This document shows positions 60,032-64,000 of a stretch of DNA of 64,000 bases, piece by piece. Within the stretch, counting starts at the first letter, position 1. Each line of letters begins with the position of its first letter. The notes beneath the pieces were generated by a model. It saw nothing but the letters and a program-made list of their open reading frames with translations, ran no database searches and was not told the DNA's origin. Source of the stretch: Syntrophorhabdaceae bacterium (lineage in GTDB: Bacteria > Desulfobacterota > Syntrophorhabdia > Syntrophorhabdales > Syntrophorhabdaceae); NCBI GenBank assembly GCA_963666485.2, contig CAXXUO010000003.1:288001-352000 (forward strand), read 5' to 3'. A program made the translations under genes and the position numbers.

Positions 60032-61096
60032 ATGTCGAAAGAATTTAATATCGGTGTGATACCGGGCGATGGTACGGGGCCCGAGGTCGTCGCCGAAGGG
60101 ATCAAAGTTCTTGCGGCGGCATCGAAAAAATACGGTTTTTCAGTCAAACTGACGTATTTCGATATCGGAGGGGAACGCTATAAGAAGACAGGGGAGACGT
60201 TGCCTGACAGTATTCTCAGTGAATTCAAGCAGTTCGACGCACTTTATCTTGGCGCCATAGGTCATCCCGACGTCAAACCCGGGATCCTCGAAAAGGAAAT
60301 ACTGCTCAGGACACGCTTCGAGCTCGACCAGTACATTAACCTGAGGCCGGTCAAGCTTTATGAAGGCGTGGAGACGCCGCTCAAGGACAAGGGACCGAAG
60401 GATATCGACTTCGTCGTCGTCCGTGAGAATACCGAGGGCCTCTATACCGGCTCGGGCGGAACGCTGAAAAAAGGAACGAAAGACGAGGTTGCCATCCAGG
60501 AATCGATCAATACACGCAAGGGTGTCGAGCGGTGCCTCAGATTTGCCTTTCAATATGCCCAGAAGAGGAATAAAGAGAAGAAACTCACCCTGTGCGGCAA
60601 GACGAACGTCCTGACGTTCGCGTTCAACCTCTGGGAGCGGGCGTTTTACGAGATTGCACCCGAATTTGCCGACGTGAAAACAGACTACGCTCACGTGGAT
60701 GCAACGTGTATGTGGATGGTCAAGAACCCTGAGTGGTTCGACGTGATCGTGACCGACAATATGTTCGGCGATATCATCACGGACCTCGGTGCGATGATCC
60801 AGGGAGGCATGGGTGTCGCGTGCGGCGGCAACATTAACCCCGAAGGCGTTTCCATGTATGAGCCGATCGGCGGGTCAGCCCCGAAATATACAGGCAAGAA
60901 CGTGATCAACCCGATGGCCGCGATCCTGGCGGGCGGCATGATGCTCGAGTTCCTGGGTGAGGCTGCAGCCGCGGCGGCGGTCGAAAATTCGGTCCAGAAA
61001 GCTATCCGGAATGACCTGAAGTCCATGGAAGCCGGCAAGATGGGTATGGGAACCCGGGAGGTCGGCGACCTTATCGCGCGTTACGTCGCTGAGTAG
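60032..61096 (+). CDS. leuB: 3-isopropylmalate dehydrogenase
   Basis: GDGTGPEV, NLRP, RENTEG, NMFGDIITD, EP.GGSAP. Confidence 0.85.
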   Translation: MSKEFNIGVIPGDGTGPEVVAEGIKVLAAASKKYGFSVKLTYFDIGGERYKKTGETLPDSILSEFKQFDALYLGAIGHPDVKPGILEKEILLRTRFELDQYINLRPVKLYEGVETPLKDKGPKDIDFVVVRENTEGLYTGSGGTLKKGTKDEVAIQESINTRKGVERCLRFAFQYAQKRNKEKKLTLCGKTNVLTFAFNLWERAFYEIAPEFADVKTDYAHVDATCMWMVKNPEWFDVIVTDNMFGDIITDLGAMIQGGMGVACGGNINPEGVSMYEPIGGSAPKYTGKNVINPMAAILAGGMMLEFLGEAAAAAAVENSVQKAIRNDLKSMEAGKMGMGTREVGDLIARYVAE

Positions 61097-61379
61097 ATCC
61101 GCCGTTCCGGTCCTGCGCTTTTGATTTTTCGGATACCCTGAGCTTCTTGCTCAGGGTATTCCTGTTTATACCGAGGAGGCGGGCAGCCTTGGATATATTG
61201 TTATCGGACAGCTTGAGGGCCGCCTGTATGAAGACATCCTCAACGTGTGAGAGCATTGTGAGGTATACGTCGTCGGAGTCGTTTACCTTTGATAACAATA
61301 TCTTTTCTGCTATAGTCTCAAGCCGGAGATGAAGAAGCGAATACAAGTCCGGAATAGTCTTATCCATGCTGGTTTCCAT
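61071..61379 (-). CDS. Fis-family HTH protein
   Basis: AL...NNISKAARLLGINRNTL.KKL; start uncertain. Confidence 0.8.
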   Translation of the reverse strand: METSMDKTIPDLYSLLHLRLETIAEKILLSKVNDSDDVYLTMLSHVEDVFIQAALKLSDNNISKAARLLGINRNTLSKKLRVSEKSKAQDRNGGSTQRRNAR

Positions 61380-61634
61380 AATAGTGAGCTGTTTATCAGG
61401 AATTTACTAAGGTATATTAGAGGAAATTTATGGGGTGGTGTCAATGATTATTGTGGAATATTTTCGGGCCGTGGGACGAAAGGGGAAAAGGCGTTTAAGA
61501 TCAATATATTAGGTAATTAAACCTCGGGGGGCTCACATCTGTAACTACTGATAATGGATATTATGTTAACTAATATCAGGGTACAAATAGAGGAGGACCC
61601 GCAGGTCCTCCTCAGGGATCCCCCCCGTGCAACC

Positions 61635-62147
61635 TTATTGCATCGGCTGGAAATGGGCCCGCCTGTTCTTTGCCCATGCCTCCTCGGTGTGAGCCGGATC
61701 GAGAGGCCGTTCCTTTCCGTAACTGACCGTGTCGAGCAGTTTGCGATCGACACCGAGATTCACGAGATAGCTCTTCGCAGAATCGGCGCGGCGCTGTCCC
61801 AGGACGAGGTTATACTCGATAGTGCCCCTTTCGTCGCAATGACCCTCGATGCGAACTTTTTTACCGCGATTCTCAGGCGCCTGGAACCATTTCACATCTA
61901 CCTGCAGGATCTGCGCATCCTGCGGCCGGATATTGTACCTGTCGAAATCGAAGTGGATATCGGTCAGTGCAACTGCCTCCGGTGCGACAGCGACGGGTGT
62001 TTTCGCCTCCGGCGCGACCACTGCGGCCGGTGGTGCGGCGGGCGGCGGTGTCTCGCCCTTCATCTGCTGGTAGAAACAGCCGCATCCGCTGAGCGAGAGC
62101 ATTATCGCAAAAAACGCCAACACCATAGAAATATTAGTTCTTTTCAT
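61635..62147 (-). CDS. pal: Peptidoglycan-associated lipoprotein (Pal/OmpA-like)
   Basis: Lipobox LSGC; IHFDFD, IEGHCDERGT.EYN..LG.RRA, SYGKERP, NRR. Confidence 0.88.
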   Translation of the reverse strand: MKRTNISMVLAFFAIMLSLSGCGCFYQQMKGETPPPAAPPAAVVAPEAKTPVAVAPEAVALTDIHFDFDRYNIRPQDAQILQVDVKWFQAPENRGKKVRIEGHCDERGTIEYNLVLGQRRADSAKSYLVNLGVDRKLLDTVSYGKERPLDPAHTEEAWAKNRRAHFQPMQ

Positions 62148-62379
62148 CTATTCGACCTCTGGTCATGAAGTTTTACGTTGCACATTCGCTTTCCGGCCCC
62201 TTACACAAGTGATGGTCAGAGCGCATCGGGCCTATAAGACCCGGGCACGGGACAGCGGCATATTTCATAATGATAGGACAAACACCCCATGCTGTCTGTC
62301 GCACAAAGCATCATTTCCCTGTCATACAAATATCAGAGGATGTGTCATCACCCGGGAGGACATATCACTCGCATCGCTA

Positions 62380-62407
62380 TTGACAAAAATACCCAATCGG
62401 ATATGAT
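62380..62407 (+). promoter_or_regulatory. Sigma70-type promoter
   Basis: TTGACA-16 nt-TATGAT. Confidence 0.55.
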
Positions 62408-62428
62408 AATTTTTGCAGGTGGCCTATC

Positions 62429-63787
62429 ATCGACCCAAATATAAAAAAATCCTTCGAAATTCTCCGCATTGGTGAGAATTCCACGTTACAGGAGGCTGAA
62501 GGCGCATACCGGGCGCTGGCCCAGAAAGCATCCTGGAACGAGATCAAGGAACTGGACTGGGCGTTTAGCGCCCTCAAGGAATATTTCGCAACGGAAATGC
62601 AACCCGCTCCGGCGCCGAACGCGGTGCCGCCCCCGCGGCCTGACGGATATACGCCGGGCGCCCCGGCATCATCCAATGCAAAGTTCTATATTATCGCAGG
62701 GCTCCTCTGTATCATTGTGGCCCTCGTGGCCGTTTTTGTCCTCAGAGGCGGAAGGTTTTTCAGATCGTCAGACATGGCAGATATTTCCCTGCTTGTGAAA
62801 ACTGTGAAGCCGGCCATCGTCACGATCCTGACGGAGGACACTCCTCGCGGTTCCGGGTTTCTCGTGAGCAAGGACGGGTATATCGTAACGAACGCCCATG
62901 TCATGCGCGAAAAAACGGGAAAAGCGGCTTTTTCCGATGGTTCTTCGGCAGATGTCAGCCTCGTTTTTGTCGACCCCGAAATGGACTTTGCCCTCCTCAA
63001 GGCAGCGGGTGGGCGTACCTATCCCTACCTTAATCTGGGCAATAGCGCGTCCTGTTCCGAGGGTGACACCGTTATCGCCGCGGGGACCCCTCTTTCCTTC
63101 GAGACGACCTTCACACGCGGCATTATAAGCGCGGTCAGACGGTCGTTCCCTGCGTATAAAGCCGCATTCATTCAGACCGATGCCGCGCTGAGCCCCGGAA
63201 ACAGCGGGGGCCCGCTTATAAACATGAAGGGGGATGTCATCGGGATCAACTCCCTGAAGATCTCGGGAGCATCCGTGGAGGGAATGGGCTTCGCCGTGTC
63301 GATCAACGATGTGAAAAGCCATATCCAGGCAAAGCAGCAGATGAGCGATGCCGACCTCACGCGCCAACTGGCGTACATGGAAAAAAAGATGGAGGAGATG
63401 AACCAGTGGCGTGACCCCGCAACGAAGAAGGTCAAGGATAAGATCGTAGAGGAACAGTGGGAGCAGGAGAGGCGCAGGAGAGAATTTTACAACCGCGTCG
63501 ACGAGGCGAACAGGGACCTCAACGCTCAGAAGGAAAGAGAGGAAAGAAAGATACATGAAGAAGGTGAGAAATACAGGGCCCAGATCAAGGAGAGCATGGA
63601 GTCCCGGCGCAAGGCCCTTTCCGATTGCCTTCAGAATGCCCAGGCATACTACATGAACTCGTGGAGCGAGTCATGCAGGTCGCTCAACCTGGAGGGACAG
63701 TGCAGGCTGCCCTCTTCCACCGCACAGATCCTGGAGCAGCGTCACATGCAATCGCGCAACGAATGCTTCCGCCTGTACCCCCAGTAG
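62429..63787 (+). CDS. Membrane-anchored trypsin-like (S1C) protease with a degenerate J-like N-terminus and C-terminal 4-Cys domain
   Basis: GSGF, TNAHV, DFAL, QTDA.L.PGNSGGP; no PDZ; frame open from 62384; ATC start inferred (first ATG at 62597). Confidence 0.8.
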   Translation: MDPNIKKSFEILRIGENSTLQEAEGAYRALAQKASWNEIKELDWAFSALKEYFATEMQPAPAPNAVPPPRPDGYTPGAPASSNAKFYIIAGLLCIIVALVAVFVLRGGRFFRSSDMADISLLVKTVKPAIVTILTEDTPRGSGFLVSKDGYIVTNAHVMREKTGKAAFSDGSSADVSLVFVDPEMDFALLKAAGGRTYPYLNLGNSASCSEGDTVIAAGTPLSFETTFTRGIISAVRRSFPAYKAAFIQTDAALSPGNSGGPLINMKGDVIGINSLKISGASVEGMGFAVSINDVKSHIQAKQQMSDADLTRQLAYMEKKMEEMNQWRDPATKKVKDKIVEEQWEQERRRREFYNRVDEANRDLNAQKEREERKIHEEGEKYRAQIKESMESRRKALSDCLQNAQAYYMNSWSESCRSLNLEGQCRLPSSTAQILEQRHMQSRNECFRLYPQ

Positions 63788-63873
63788 AGCCCGAAAGCAC
63801 AGCCGTGCAACTCAAACGGTCGCGGCCTATGGTTACCGGCCCTACCCCGGCACAACCGGTCACCAGTATTGGT

Positions 63874-64000
63874 TTACTTCATCATGGTCGTGCCGGTGCC
63901 CCGAAGCCAGGTTACCTGTTCTTTGACCCTTTCCGCCATGGCGATCTCGGCTTTTTCCAGGTACGAGCGGGGATCGTAGACCTTTTTATTGCCGACTTCT
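63874..64000 (-). CDS. fbaA: 3' end of class II fructose-bisphosphate aldolase (partial)
   Basis: EVGNKKVYDPRSYLEKAEIAMAERV...*. Confidence 0.8.
   Translation of the reverse strand, partial: EVGNKKVYDPRSYLEKAEIAMAERVKEQVTWLRGTGTTMMK

Overview
A 64-kb chromosomal window from a moderately GC-rich, anaerobic Gram-negative bacterium. Gene content (por operon, FprA/rubrerythrin, acyl-CoA dehydrogenase, zapA-6S-rny synteny, split PurH) suggests a syntrophic deltaproteobacterium such as a Syntrophorhabdus-like organism; this is inference. Most of it is housekeeping: icd, frameshifted prfB, zapB/zapA/6S RNA/rny/ymdB, tyrS, gyrA, truA, corA, a feoA-feoB fusion, purM/purH'/purD, leuB, pal, three tRNAs, and a cobalamin-riboswitch-led B12 uptake and salvage operon. 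An accessory stretch (~31.7-40.4 kb) holds the most interesting signals. (1) An ORF at 33181-33477, whose start the ORF track missed, has two in-frame UGA codons in a C-G-U-x-x-U motif followed by a SECIS-like hairpin: a candidate UxxU di-selenocysteine protein. (2) An L,D-transpeptidase-like gene is paired with a tiny Pro-rich lipoprotein that shares its N-terminus with Pal. (3) A gap-free 4-Cys domain is shared between a small membrane protein and a trypsin-like protease that appears to start at ATC. (4) A kexin-like autotransporter lacks a prodomain. The B12 operon also carries two unexplained PP-loop amide-ligase-type genes. Intergenic DNA contains CGTC-tagged REP palindromes and several heptamer tandem-repeat families. 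No CRISPR array, integrase or transposase was seen.
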